Below, one piece after another: positions 27,596-38,244 of a stretch of DNA of 64,000 nt. Below the pieces are notes generated by a model that saw only the letters and a list, made by a program, of their open reading frames with translations, was not told the DNA's origin and searched no databases. Position 1 is the stretch's first letter. Each line of letters begins with the position of its first letter. The DNA lies in the NCBI GenBank assembly GCA_963813025.1, contig CAWEXO010000013.1, forward strand, positions 608,001-672,000. Reading direction: 5' to 3'. The DNA is from an uncultured Verrucomicrobiae bacterium (GTDB lineage Bacteria; Verrucomicrobiota; Verrucomicrobiia; Chthoniobacterales; JAFAMB01). The position numbers and the translations under genes were made by a program.

Positions 27596-28643
27596 GGAGA
27601 TTGGAGGCGTCAATTCCGCGCGCACCGAGTTGTTCAGCCGCGCGCTCCCGAGCAATCGCTAAATGCGCAAGGTAAGCGTCGTCCTTTAAACCGACGAACT
27701 CCTGACCTTGATGTTCAGGCGCATAACGTTTGAGCCAAGCCAACAGGTTGTCTTCGATATGGATAAAGCGGTGAGAGCCGACATTTTTGCTTTTGTCGAT
27801 TGTAATCTGACGTGTTTTGAGATCGATCGCAGACCATCGCATAGGAATTATCTCACTTTCTGGTCGACATCCGGCAAAAGCTCCCAAACAGATGGCCGGG
27901 ACAATCTGCGGACTGGCTGCAGACAGAAGCGCTTTTAATTCCGCTGGGGTGAGGATGCCGGGGCGTTTGGGCGGTATGGTGGCTGTTTCAACATCCGGTA
28001 TCGGATTTTTGACGATATATCCACGTTTTCGGGCGTGACTGAAAAAGACGCCCAGACACTGACGGTACCCCTTGCGGGTGGTTGGAGCCAACTCGAGTGA
28101 GCGCAACCAATCGTCAATCTCTGCAGATGAAATTTCATGCATCGGGCGTGGACTAAAAGCATTGACAAAACGAGTCACCTTGAGTCGGAAATCCTTCAGA
28201 TAACGAGTGGCGGCACCATCCTGCTTCTTGTATTCCAGTGCCTCGGCCAAGATCGCCTCGAGCGGCTTTGAATTGGTACGCAGCGGTAATCCGTTGCGGA
28301 GATAGAAATCAATACACTGGCTCAAAGTCACATCGTGAGATTGCAACCGTGCGAAGGCGCGGCGAGCCTCTTCTTCCTGGCTGGGTGTCAGCTCAATCAG
28401 CGACTGCTGCCCATGATTCATCTGACGTTTGCGCACCTGTTCGGCTTCATGCCGGGCTCGGGCTTCGCTGGGATAAGAGTTGCGCACTCGCCTTAGCTTG
28501 CCGGTCAGAGGATCCGGTATCCGGCCGAGATCGACGCACCATGAAGCGGTGCCGCTTTTGTTCTTAATCGGATAAACGACTGGCCACTCCCGATTGATCG
28601 GGGAGCGCCCTTTCTGTGGCGATTTGTTCTTCTGACGGCCCAT
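27402..28643 (-). CDS. int: Tyrosine recombinase / integrase
   Basis: Catalytic set R (AGCRPES), K (KSKN), LRHSY, MGH and Y (RFY); adjacent to the att repeat. Confidence 0.93.
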   Translation of the reverse strand: MGRQKNKSPQKGRSPINREWPVVYPIKNKSGTASWCVDLGRIPDPLTGKLRRVRNSYPSEARARHEAEQVRKRQMNHGQQSLIELTPSQEEEARRAFARLQSHDVTLSQCIDFYLRNGLPLRTNSKPLEAILAEALEYKKQDGAATRYLKDFRLKVTRFVNAFSPRPMHEISSAEIDDWLRSLELAPTTRKGYRQCLGVFFSHARKRGYIVKNPIPDVETATIPPKRPGILTPAELKALLSAASPQIVPAICLGAFAGCRPESEIIPMRWSAIDLKTRQITIDKSKNVGSHRFIHIEDNLLAWLKRYAPEHQGQEFVGLKDDAYLAHLAIARERAAEQLGARGIDASNLLRWPQDALRHSYGSYHSVYGQNDAATAQSMGHSGGLRLFQRFYRHRVTPKAAKAYWSIFPPKAA

Positions 28644-28695
28644 AAGGCCGCAATTTTGGGCAGGTATTGGGCAGTCGCAAGTGGTTTCTCGAGGG

Positions 28696-28758
28696 AAACG
28701 GGACAGACTGTAAATCTGCTGGCTTACGCCTTCGCTGGTTCGAATCCAGCCCTGCCCA
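28696..28758 (+). repeat. att direct repeat: duplicate of the tRNA-Tyr 3' portion
   Basis: 63 bp matching 10975-11037 with a single mismatch. Confidence 0.96.
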
Positions 28759-29169
28759 CGGCTCTCCAGTAAAGGATCTACGTCAATGGGCATTTCTAAA
28801 ATACGCTCGTCTTAAAGATTTAGTTGCGAAATAGTTGCGCTAAAATATTGAAACTTCGAGGCGCGGGCGAGCTTCGGGATTCGAGCTGTCTTCCTACTCC
28901 GCGTCCCTCTGCTCTACCTCTTCCCCCTGTGGCTTAACACCCTTCAACGCGATTAGTTTTGCCCACTCGCGGCTGTCCATCGCGTCAATGATCCCCTGCT
29001 GCTCCTGCTCTTCCTCCGTAGGTTTCTGATGTAGCTTGGAACCGAGGCAGCTCAGTTGCGCTTTCTCTTCGTCGGTAGACAGGTCAGATGTCTTTTTCAT
29101 TGGAGCGTGGCGGGCGTCGCTCCGATTAAACTTTTCATGCGCCGGCGCACTGAATCCGCCCTCACCAGA

Positions 29170-30114
29170 TCAGAATGGTATGTCGTCCGGCTCATCGGCC
29201 AGACTTGTCGGGTCTTTAGGCTTTTGATCCGCTTCATCCGAGGGTTTTTTCCGTAAGTAAAGATCGACTACGAACTGGTTAAGCGCCCCAGCAAGATGCA
29301 CCGCAAGAAGTGCGTACGGCCTCGGAACCTGGATTACGCGATCACCTTGGCCGTGGCCTCCTAGTTTATTACGAAGCGTCGGCAGAGAGCCGAGCACCTG
29401 TTTGCAGATGGCTTTAGCGTCGTCTTCGGGGATGTCGTCCATAAAGCCCGCCTTCCGAAACGCATCTTGAAGGGCAGTAAAGTCTCCGTTTTGCCCGGTT
29501 GCAGTCTTCAGCGTGCTCTCGAAGCTCTTTGACGCTTTCACAATGGCGTCTTTTGGCTCGTCTCCTGAGAGATCTTCCAGCGCCGATCTGAACTCGTCAT
29601 GCGCGCCCTGAAATTCGTGCTGGCGAAGTAGACCCTCTGCCCTCTGGTTGAGCTCATGATCCAGAAAGTCGGAGTCGACTTGGAAGAATTGGCCATCTGA
29701 AAACCTCCATGGGCAATGAAACGCCAACATGGCTTCGTTGATTTCCTTTTGCAGCTCAGAACCCCTGATCGTACTCTGGTTAACGACCTCTTCAAAGAAC
29801 TGCTCAATCACATCCAATGCGCAGGAAGGATAACCAAACTTGAAATAGGACTCTAAGTCGGCGTCCTCGAATCCGGTAGAAGTCTTAATTTGGAGCTTGT
29901 CTGTTGCGCCCAGCAACTTCCGAAGCTTCCGCTCCGTTTGGTCTAAATGGCTCGTCCGCACGTTCCAGTTGTCATTGCAATCTGGTTGGTACTCGTAGGC
30001 TTCGTTATATTCGGCCAGAGTCGACCAAAGACGGTTTCGAAGGGGCACCTTCATCGAAACCTGAACGCGCTTTTCTTGTAGCGCTTGCCGGTGCCTTAAC
30101 GAGAACGGGTTCAT
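29170..30114 (-). CDS. Abortive-infection-like protein (AbiJ-type N-terminus, Abi_C/HEPN-like C-terminus)
   Basis: FSLRH...LRNRLW N-terminus; C-terminal ASKSFESTLK and LRNKLGGHGQG (RxxxxxH). Confidence 0.7.
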   Translation of the reverse strand: MNPFSLRHRQALQEKRVQVSMKVPLRNRLWSTLAEYNEAYEYQPDCNDNWNVRTSHLDQTERKLRKLLGATDKLQIKTSTGFEDADLESYFKFGYPSCALDVIEQFFEEVVNQSTIRGSELQKEINEAMLAFHCPWRFSDGQFFQVDSDFLDHELNQRAEGLLRQHEFQGAHDEFRSALEDLSGDEPKDAIVKASKSFESTLKTATGQNGDFTALQDAFRKAGFMDDIPEDDAKAICKQVLGSLPTLRNKLGGHGQGDRVIQVPRPYALLAVHLAGALNQFVVDLYLRKKPSDEADQKPKDPTSLADEPDDIPF

Positions 30115-30621
30115 TCTGAAAGAATAATGCTTCAATAGGTCGTTGCCTAGACCCCACGACTGACATCCCTTCGGAATGTAGCCAGCATTCCCGCGCAGAA
30201 AGTCAGATACAAAACCGTGTCGTAAGAACCTGGAACATGCGCGAACGGTTTCTCGATCAAACGCGTCCTATGCCAAGGAGACGCCGTCGGGCGTTGTTGT
30301 ACTGGCCAAGCGGATCCCCATCCTGCCCTTCATAATGTATTCGTGTTTTCTCACGCATATTACTCGCCTAGCTACTTCGCCGCAGGTTCGGCAACCTCCC
30401 CTCCGCAGCTAGTCGCGCTTCGTGAGCCTTCCGTTCAGCTATGCCTTCACCATAGGCATTTTCACTGAATCGCGTCTCTGCCGTTTCTTTCCCAAAACCA
30501 GTCAATACGCTTATTTCCTGAGAACCAATTGCTACAATTTCATTGCTTATGCTTTCGGCAAGGCGATTTATGCTGAAAAGTGCGCTGTTTTTGCCGAATT
30601 CATTTTGAGAGATGTACCTGA

Positions 30622-31568
30622 ATGACTTGTGGGGGGCCGATTACCAGCCCGAATCGATCACGCAAGGTTACGCAGGCACAGACTCCAACTGGTCTTGTGC
30701 GCTTCGCTCCTTTTTTGTGCGGGATACCAGTCTTCTCTCAACCACCGTCCGAGAGCGCGGCGGATCTCGCAAAATATGCGATGAAACTGCGCGAAAGCTC
30801 TTTGGTCAGGATCGAGCCGAAGATTGCGAGAACGCTGGTCAACAACAGGCTCCAGATTTCGGATCTGAGTAACGAACCCGTCTCAGCTATTAGCGTAAGA
30901 AATAGTCGCGGAATCGGATCGAGCGATTACACCTGGAAACTCAGAATTGCGACCACTGTATTTTGGATAGGCGAACAAGCGTCCACCAGCAACCCCGTGT
31001 CGAATGAGAAGAGCGCGTGGGATAGCAGTTGGATTTCTAGTTACGGCGGCACGGATACTCCGGTTTCGGAAGAACGATTGAAATTTGCGCCGGCAAGTTT
31101 TATCCCGCGGCAAAATCCGTTCTACGTCGCGCTTCCATACAACGACGTCGATGATCACCATACCAAACCCGAAGCCGTGCAGGTAATACCATGGTACCAA
31201 AATTCCTTTGTGCGAGATGGGCAATCCGTTTGCAAGGGCCGCTGGGTAGCGATCAGGCTGGTAACAAAGTATGTTACGCGCAGTGGGAGGATGTCGGCCC
31301 GTTTCAGACGGATCACTGGCAATATGTGTTCGGGGATGAACGTCCCAGACCAAACGGAAACCGAGACGCCGGGCTGGACGTGTCTCCGGCGGTCCGCGAC
31401 TATCTGGGCCTCGACAACATCGATTTCTGTGACTGGAAATTCGTCGACTTCAATCATGTGCTATCCGGTCCCTGGGCGATTTACGGGGATAACAACATTT
31501 TCAGCCGGCTTCACCGCAGCAAATCGACGGCGAGTACCGTGAACCATCTGGTCGGTCCACCGTTCTGA
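30622..31568 (+). pseudogene. Conserved-looking exported-type protein (possible double-psi beta-barrel), frameshift near 31255
   Basis: TVFWIGE, NPFYVALPYND and KGRWVAIR, then in another frame VCYAQWEDVGPF...GLDVSPAVRDYLGL. Confidence 0.55.
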
Positions 31569-33833
31569 GGAGGGGCAAAGAACCGCTCGGGCCGAATCGC
31601 CCTTTACCGGATCAGTTATTGGGACTCCGAATGGCTTAAGCATGCTGTTTAGTTAGTGGGGCGGCAAAGCAACGCAGATTGGTCTGGTCAAAGGCGCATA
31701 AGTGAGCGGCAGTCGATCGCGACTTCGACTGCAATCAAAATGAATGGTGATCCGACCACACAAGGTTAGGCTCAGCCCGAGAAAAGCGCCTATGAGTCAA
31801 CGTAAGAGCGGCACGCCCAAAACGCTTCGAGTACTTCATAGACAAAGTAGATTGGTCCCACGGCCACGGCTACCGGATCCCAATACCCACGTCGACGCTA
31901 CCGGAGCCAAGCACATCTACCATCAGACTTTTTCGACCCGGAAACTTGGGCTGGACATGATGCAGCTAAGCGTCTAGCCATGGCCGAACGCGACCGGCTC
32001 ATACAAGTTCTAGGCGCCGCGCCTCCGAAAAAGAAGAAGGCTCGGCGGCGCTCCGAGCCCAAGAGGCGCGTGGGAGTTTACACGGCTGAATTACTGGCCT
32101 ACCGGAAAACCTAACTGTATTGGGTAGCTTACTGGCGAGCGAATGGCCAAACCGAGCGCAAGTATTTTTTCAATTACGTCTTTTAGACTCAGGTCTAACC
32201 AAGCAGAAAGCGATCGAAGCACGACGAGAAGCGGAGCGGCGCTTTCCCTCTCCGGCACCGAGCTGGTCAGATTCGTGATTCGGGCTAATCAGATTGTGCC
32301 AGTCGCGTCTTGACCCGATTCGAACGTGAAGACAAAGCGAGTAAGCTGCTATTATTCCACTTGATCCGGCTCGTCAGCACAATCGCTCAGACTCCAAGGC
32401 TGATTTCAGGTGACATGACCCCGGAACGGGACAGGTCTTAAATGTAGTTCTGCTGGTTGTTATGGGACTAGTGGACTGGTAGCTAATTGTTATTACAAGG
32501 TGGCGTCCAGACTTATCCATAATCGCCCCGGTCCGGCGTGCTGCGAGAATGCCTGGGACAGGTACGCGACGTCGCAGCAGCGCGCCGGACCGGAAAAAGG
32601 CGATTGTGGGTAGGTCGCGCATTGAAGCCGCCCGGCTCCGAAGCCGAAGGTTTGTCTTTGTGGGCCTTCTCTGGCTGCTGGGCAGCGCATCGATCCGGCG
32701 TCAGATAGCTCAAGGCGCTATGGGGTCGTCGTTGATTGTACTCCACCCGCCAAGCCTCGATGATGACCCGGGCTTCGGCCAGTGAAACGAACATTTCGCG
32801 ATTCAGACACTCGTCACGAAACTTATCATGGAAGCTTTCGATGTAGGGTTGTTTCCCACGGGGCGCCAGGCTGGATATAGAGGGTTCTAATCTCTTTGGT
32901 ACTCATCCAGTCCCGAATAGCCCCGGCGATGAACTCCGAACCGTTGTCACTGCGGATGTGCTGAGGTAACCCGTATTGCTCGATAGCTTCTTCGATTACG
33001 GCGATCGCGTCGATGGCCCGAATGGAGCGCCGGGGCTCAATCGCAAGGCTTTGTTTGGTGAACTCATCGATCAAGGTCAGAATGCGTAAGGCTCTGCCGT
33101 TTTCCAGCTGCTCATGGATGATATCCCAGCTCCAGACATGATTAGCCTGCTTGGCTCTCTGACGCTGGGCCATCGCGGTTCCCAGCCGCCTGGTCCGGCG
33201 CTGCTTTTTCGCACCTGGAGACCGGCCTCTCGTCGCACCCGCTGAACTCGCTTGGCATTGACCTGATGCCCAGCAGCTCGCAGTAAGGCGGTGATAAATC
33301 TGTAGCCGTAACGCGGATGCTGCTCGCTAAGAGCAATCACTTGGCTCTCAGCTTGGACGGTGCTCTGGCTGACCTGCTCTTCCCGATAATAGCTGGAACG
33401 CGCTAATCCGATGGCTCGGCAAGCTTGGTCGGCGCGACCCAAGCCTTTTCCACAATGTGCTTCACCGCCCGTCGCCGGCTGGACGGACTCACCATTTTTT
33501 TGCGTTGACCTCTTTGAGGATCTGGATCTGCAGCGCTTGGTCAGCCATTACCCGTTTCAATCGGCCGTTCTCATCCTCGAGGGTCCGCAGCCGGCGCGCT
33601 TCATCGACTTCCATCCCTCCGTATTTTCGTTTCCAGCCATAATAGGTTTGCTCGCTGACATTGTGCTTGGCACACGTCGCTCTCACCGTTCCGGCCTGGC
33701 CTTCTTTTGTAAGCGTTTGACCAACAGCATCCTTTGACCAAGAGGTTCGGCTGGAAATTGTGATATGCTCCGGCATTCCTAATGCGCGCTCAATCCCGAG
33801 CGCCAAACTACACCCCCGAACCAAAGGAACACC

Positions 33834-34337
33834 ATGAATCGCATCATTTCGGCTGTTGTCACGGCGTCAGCCCTGATTTTCGGAGTTTTTCTGCCCAGAG
33901 AGGAGGCGGTCGCGCAAACGGCCAAGGATCTTGTGGGAACGTGGACGCTCGTTTCCATCACGCGAGAGCAGGGCGGCAAGAAGACCGATTATTTTGGTCC
34001 CAATCCACAAGGCCAAGCAATTTTCGAACCAAATGGCCGCTTTTCCATAATGTTTATTCGTTCGGATGTTCCTAAATTCGCGTCCAACAATCGCGAGGCA
34101 GGAACTCCAGAAGAAAACAAGGCAGCCACGCAGGGGAGCCTTGCCTACTTCGGCACGTACTCGGTAAGCGAGGCAGATCATACGCTCAACTCTCACATTG
34201 AGGGCAGCACGTTCCCAAACTGGAGGGGAGCCGATCAGAAACGAGTTCTCAAGCTTTCCGGGGACGAACTCACCTTGACTAATCCTAAATCATCCACGGC
34301 TGGAAGCGCTACCTCGGTCTGGAAGCGCGCCAAATAG
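33834..34337 (+). CDS. Secreted lipocalin-like domain protein
   Basis: Signal peptide, LVGTWTLVS, AYFGTY and STFPNW.G..QKR. Confidence 0.85.
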   Translation: MNRIISAVVTASALIFGVFLPREEAVAQTAKDLVGTWTLVSITREQGGKKTDYFGPNPQGQAIFEPNGRFSIMFIRSDVPKFASNNREAGTPEENKAATQGSLAYFGTYSVSEADHTLNSHIEGSTFPNWRGADQKRVLKLSGDELTLTNPKSSTAGSATSVWKRAK

Positions 34338-34944
34338 ACGAAGTATCTGGGAGGTTCAGCCCGAACTAGACTTTTGGTTCTCAAAACGCTTCAGCTTTTG
34401 GTTGCGGCGTAGGATGGCTGCTTCGCGAACATCGTCGATTTTATGCTGTAGCGGACTGAAACCGTAATCGGCTAAAACCGATAACATCGCCCTTCCGGAC
34501 CAAATTAGATGAGGACAACTATAGTGGCGAAATCACCACGATCGCTCAGGACCGCGCTTTAAGAGCTCAGCAGGGTACTTGCGGCAGGGGAGAGGGTCTA
34601 AAACGGGTTGATCACCTCATCTCCTTCGAACTTGGCGGTTCCAATTCTATCAAGAATCTCTCGCCGGAGTCATACCGGACTTTACCCTGAAATGCCCGAG
34701 TTAAAGATCGGCTGGAAGATAAGCTTCATGAGCTGGTTTGCAGCGGGCTAGCTTGACCTCAAGACAGCGCAACAAGCAATAGCGTCGAACTGGATCGAAG
34801 CTTATCAGAAGTATGTCAGTCCAAATCCGCCTGGAGCGGAGCCGGCCCTCCATCGGGCTTCCGGGCTTGGGCCACATCAGGCAAGGTCTGGGTGAATACA
34901 AGGAACGGGAAGTACTGGAAGCCGGGATCGTGCTATTTTTTTTG

Positions 34945-35304
34945 CTAGAGCTCTAGTTCTTTTCGATACCAGTCTTTGCGTCGCGTGCGCGTCAGATCAA
35001 TACCGCCTAAGAGCAGCGAGAGTTCCTCATGACTCAACGTCACTCGATTCGATGGCTCTGCATCAATGGGCCAGCTGAAGCGTCCCTTTTCCAGCCGTTT
35101 TGCACAAATCCATAGTCCGCTCCCATCCCAGAACAAAATTTTAAGTCGATTGCGCGATCCATTGCAGAACGAAAACAGATGTCCGCTTGTCGGCTCGAGT
35201 GCGAGCCGATCACGCACCAGTCCGTGCAATCCATTGAAGCCTTTTCGCATGTCGGTGGCCCCCACCGCCAGATAGATCTGGGTCGCCGGTCCGATTCCAA
35301 ACAC
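34945..35304 (-). CDS. tnpB: IS66 accessory protein TnpB
   Basis: ATDMRKGFNGL, LKILFWDGSGLW and KRLEKGRF.WP. Confidence 0.92.
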   Translation of the reverse strand: MFGIGPATQIYLAVGATDMRKGFNGLHGLVRDRLALEPTSGHLFSFCNGSRNRLKILFWDGSGLWICAKRLEKGRFSWPIDAEPSNRVTLSHEELSLLLGGIDLTRTRRKDWYRKELEL

Positions 35305-35310
35305 CGCTTT

Positions 35311-35664
35311 TCACGCCCTTTCCAGTACCGCGATAAGTCCTTCCAAGGTCGGGGCGTCAAATCCGGGCCATACCTCGATTCTACGTCCTCGGAAGAGCAC
35401 TACTTCCAATGCGGAGTGCGACCGACTATTCCCATTGGGCTCCCGCCCGGCCAGCTTCACGGCGACAAACCCGCCGCCCTCCTTGGCTTCACTCTTGTTC
35501 AAGCGCCGCTTTTTAAGTTGGCGCTGTAAGGTGCTCAGCGCCAAACCGTGATTGCGGCAAAACTCGCTCTGTCGCAAACCACTCGCTTCAAATTCAAGCA
35601 CCAACCGCTTGATCTCCTCACCACTTCGTCGCTTCCGCCCAGGGCCTTCTTGGTTTTCAGTCAT
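35311..35664 (-). CDS. tnpA: IS66 accessory protein TnpA
   Basis: FEASGL..SEFCR.HGLALSTL HTH, upstream of tnpB. Confidence 0.85.
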   Translation of the reverse strand: MTENQEGPGRKRRSGEEIKRLVLEFEASGLRQSEFCRNHGLALSTLQRQLKKRRLNKSEAKEGGGFVAVKLAGREPNGNSRSHSALEVVLFRGRRIEVWPGFDAPTLEGLIAVLERA

Positions 35665-35842
35665 TGAAACAGTCCAGCAAAAAAGCCGCGCGACGACTAG
35701 GTGGGGATCGTATGACGCTTACCTTCTTTCAGTATCCCGATGATTTGCTCTTCGCTAAATCGACTTCGCTTCATTCGTTCTGCTTCCTTTTGATGGAGCA
35801 GAACTACAGTTTTCAATCGTCCACTTTTTGGGGTTCAGGCCA

Positions 35843-36280
35843 CTACCTCTCTTCCGGTGGCTTCCCCACGGGAATGGCACCAAGCTGCGTCATCATGCTC
35901 AGGCCATCCATTAGGATTCGACTCTCCGCCATCTTGCCGGCCACCAGCCGATCGACAACCATACCTTTCACGGTTATCTGCTTGCCTGTGGCAGGAACGC
36001 CGAAGAATTCGCCGCGATGAGTGCCATGCCAGGTAAAGCGGCTAAATACCTTTTCCCCTTCTGCTACCATCTCCTCGATCACCCAATGGATGTCGGGAAA
36101 GGCGGTGCGAAACGCACCAATCACCTGTTTAAGACCTTCGCGCCCCTGCTGCTGGCCAGGAAGAGGCTCGAGTTCCACAAAATCAACGGCCACGAGATCG
36201 TCCGCCCGCTCAAGCTGACCTTGATTGATGACTTCCTCAACAAAACTGATGATCACTGCTTTGTTCTCCGTTGCTGCCAT
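35843..36280 (-). CDS. SnoaL-like ester cyclase family protein
   Basis: AFPD, AEGEKV and GTHRGEFFGVPATGK. Confidence 0.88.
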   Translation of the reverse strand: MAATENKAVIISFVEEVINQGQLERADDLVAVDFVELEPLPGQQQGREGLKQVIGAFRTAFPDIHWVIEEMVAEGEKVFSRFTWHGTHRGEFFGVPATGKQITVKGMVVDRLVAGKMAESRILMDGLSMMTQLGAIPVGKPPEER

Positions 36281-36541
36281 GGGATTTCCTTTTTCAGCGA
36301 ACTTCTGCAACTCTGTCAATCGTGTAGTTGGCTAGACGGATTCGATCAGTTAGAGTCGGATTCGCTGTAACGCTGGTATGTGACAACGCGTCTCAGGCGA
36401 TCGAAGCGAATCTGGCCGATCTCTTGATGCTTGGCAGACGCTTTCTGCCATTGCCCACGCGGGAGGTACCGCCCAACTGGGCCAAGCAAGTTTGAATATC
36501 GTCGCAAGAGCTGGGCTCTTCGAAGCGCGAGAATGCTTTGT

Positions 36542-37471
36542 TTAGGGGAAGGGCGGCTGAGGAGCGATCGAGTGATCCCCGTTGTCGGTGACCTTCGAAC
36601 CGCCGATTACCACCGTGAAAAAACCACTAGCGCTGCTGAACTCGCCGCCGCTAACGCTGGCCCCGAAGCCACTGGCGGTATTGAGCCCGCCCCCGCTGAC
36701 GCTGGTGTCAGTATTGCTGGCAGTGTTCTCCGCGCCGCCGCTGATGCTGGCCGAGTTGCCGCTGGCGGTGTTCAGACTGCCGCCGCTGACGCTGGCTGAG
36801 GTGCCGCTAGCGGTGTTCTGCGAGCCGCCGCTGACGCTGGCCTGGCGGCCGCTGGCGGTGTTCTGCGAGCCGCCACTGACGCTGCCGTAGACTTGGCTGG
36901 CGGTGTTCTCCGAGCCGCCGCTGATGCTGGTCGCCTCATTGCTGATGGTATTACGATCCCCTGCAACAAGGCCTCCGAAAGCAGTCTTGGTAAACCGATT
37001 ATAGCGCCCAATGACCAGGTTGTGCGACCCGCCGCGTTCGCCGGGATTCAGGGGGACCGTCGGAATTATTTCGTCATAGCCAATGATCAAGTTGCCCAGC
37101 CCGAGGGGATTGCCATTGTCATCGGTCGTGCCCGAGCCGCTGACGATGTGAATGTTCGCGCCGCTAATAGTGATATTCGGCCCTGCCACGCCGCTCTCCG
37201 GGTTGGGATCGACGCTAACAAAAGAGCCAAGCAGTAGCGCGTGATTGGATTTGACCGCGGCTAACTGGTTCTGCAGCGAAGAGACTTGTGTTTTCAGGGC
37301 CGCCACCTCCGCTTTCAAAGCCGGAAGTTCTCTTAACAACCCTTTAAGGCTTGTTAGCTCTTGAGGAGTTGTCGACTCTGAAGGGATGCCTTGGGCATGC
37401 GCTACGGAGCCAACCGTCTGGGCAGCCAAAGAAAGCACTGTTGAAACAAGGCAGCAGTGGATTCGATGCAT
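36542..37471 (-). CDS. Secreted protein with coiled coil and 13-aa NTASGxxASVSGG repeats
   Basis: Signal-peptide-like N-terminus, heptad segment and about 7 tandem 39-bp repeats. Confidence 0.75.
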   Translation of the reverse strand: MHRIHCCLVSTVLSLAAQTVGSVAHAQGIPSESTTPQELTSLKGLLRELPALKAEVAALKTQVSSLQNQLAAVKSNHALLLGSFVSVDPNPESGVAGPNITISGANIHIVSGSGTTDDNGNPLGLGNLIIGYDEIIPTVPLNPGERGGSHNLVIGRYNRFTKTAFGGLVAGDRNTISNEATSISGGSENTASQVYGSVSGGSQNTASGRQASVSGGSQNTASGTSASVSGGSLNTASGNSASISGGAENTASNTDTSVSGGGLNTASGFGASVSGGEFSSASGFFTVVIGGSKVTDNGDHSIAPQPPFP

Positions 37472-37769
37472 CTTCGGTTTCCTTTGTAGGGGATTCCCCT
37501 TGGGAAAAGGGACGTTTCGCAAGAGGGGCTCGGTGGGGGGCGGGAAGTACAGGACGCAAGGCTTCATCGTGAGGACGGCATTGAAGTTTAGGGCCGACCT
37601 CCCAAACGACGCCCAGGCTCTTCTCCGCGTCTATACTCCTTTGGGGTGGGGCGCCGGTCGATCCCAGGCTTTATCGGGTGGCCCCGCCTTCGGGTTCGGG
37701 ACTCTTCGCGGAAACATCTTGAGCAATGGAAGCTCGGGAATCACATCTTTGGCCGAGGGTGCTTTTTTA

Positions 37770-38240
37770 TCCGCAAAGGACGACCATATCGCCTTTAAGG
37801 CCATCAACGCCCGGCTTGAAACCGTCGATACCGCGCCGAGCTACCGAGAAGCATTCAGGAGGCGACGATGTCTCATTCCGGCTGACGGATTCTATGAGTG
37901 CAAGAAGGTTCCCGGCGGAAAGATCCCCCGCGCAATCGGGATGCGAGACGACGCACCTTTTGGTTTCGCCGGGCTATGGGAGGCATGGAAAGATCCGTCG
38001 ACCGACGAATGGCTGCGCACCTGCACGATCATTACCGGCAAACCCTACGAACTGGTTCCCCAGGTGCACACCCGGATGCTAGTAATCTTGCCAGAAGAAC
38101 ACCACGCGAAATAGTTAGGCGAAGCGGAGGACGGCGACCTCAAAGAACTGCTGAAGCCTTTTCGGCAGAGCGCATGAAGATGTGCCCCATCCGCGCGCGA
38201 GTGAGCAGTCCGAAGAATGACGATGAGGCCATACCGAACC
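37770..38240 (+). pseudogene. SOS-response-associated peptidase (SRAP) remnant
   Basis: INARLET..AF.RRRCLIPADGFYE, FAGLWE, CTIIT and VHTRM; N-terminus missing and an internal stop. Confidence 0.85.
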
Positions 38241-38244
38241 TCAT

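Larger units (their letters stand above)
10983..28758. mobile_element. Integrated ~17.7 kb phage-satellite-like or defective-prophage element at tRNA-Tyr
   Basis: Perfect 55-bp direct repeat at 10983-11037 and 28704-28758, with a tyrosine integrase next to the right copy. Contains repressor, PolA and terminase genes. Confidence 0.92.
33709..35722 (-). mobile_element. Non-autonomous IS66 derivative carrying a passenger gene
   Basis: Both ends begin GTAAGCGT. Flanking 8-bp duplication CTTCTTTT/CTTCTTTC. tnpA and tnpB present, no tnpC. Confidence 0.85.
32411..35842 (-). mobile_element. IS3-family element (IS407-like), degenerate and interrupted by an IS66 derivative
   Basis: Imperfect TG..CA terminal IRs. 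orfA N-terminus MKRSRFSEEQIIGILKE (near 35723-35774) rejoins GQAGTVRATCAKH...NAKKW (33700-33489). A7 slippery site at the orfA/orfB junction. orfB carries HPRYGYR, WSWD, IRSDNGSEF and YNQRRPHSAL across frameshifts. Confidence 0.88.

Noticed and set aside
28658..28758. Second functional tRNA-Tyr (an upstream GGGCAGG could pair with CCTGCCC)
   Set aside because: Spacing is too long and there is no proper D-arm; best explained as the att duplicate plus arm-type sites.
28644..28793. Integrase N-terminal extension through the att site
   Set aside because: It is the antisense translation of the tRNA fragment; ATG at 28643 is more plausible.
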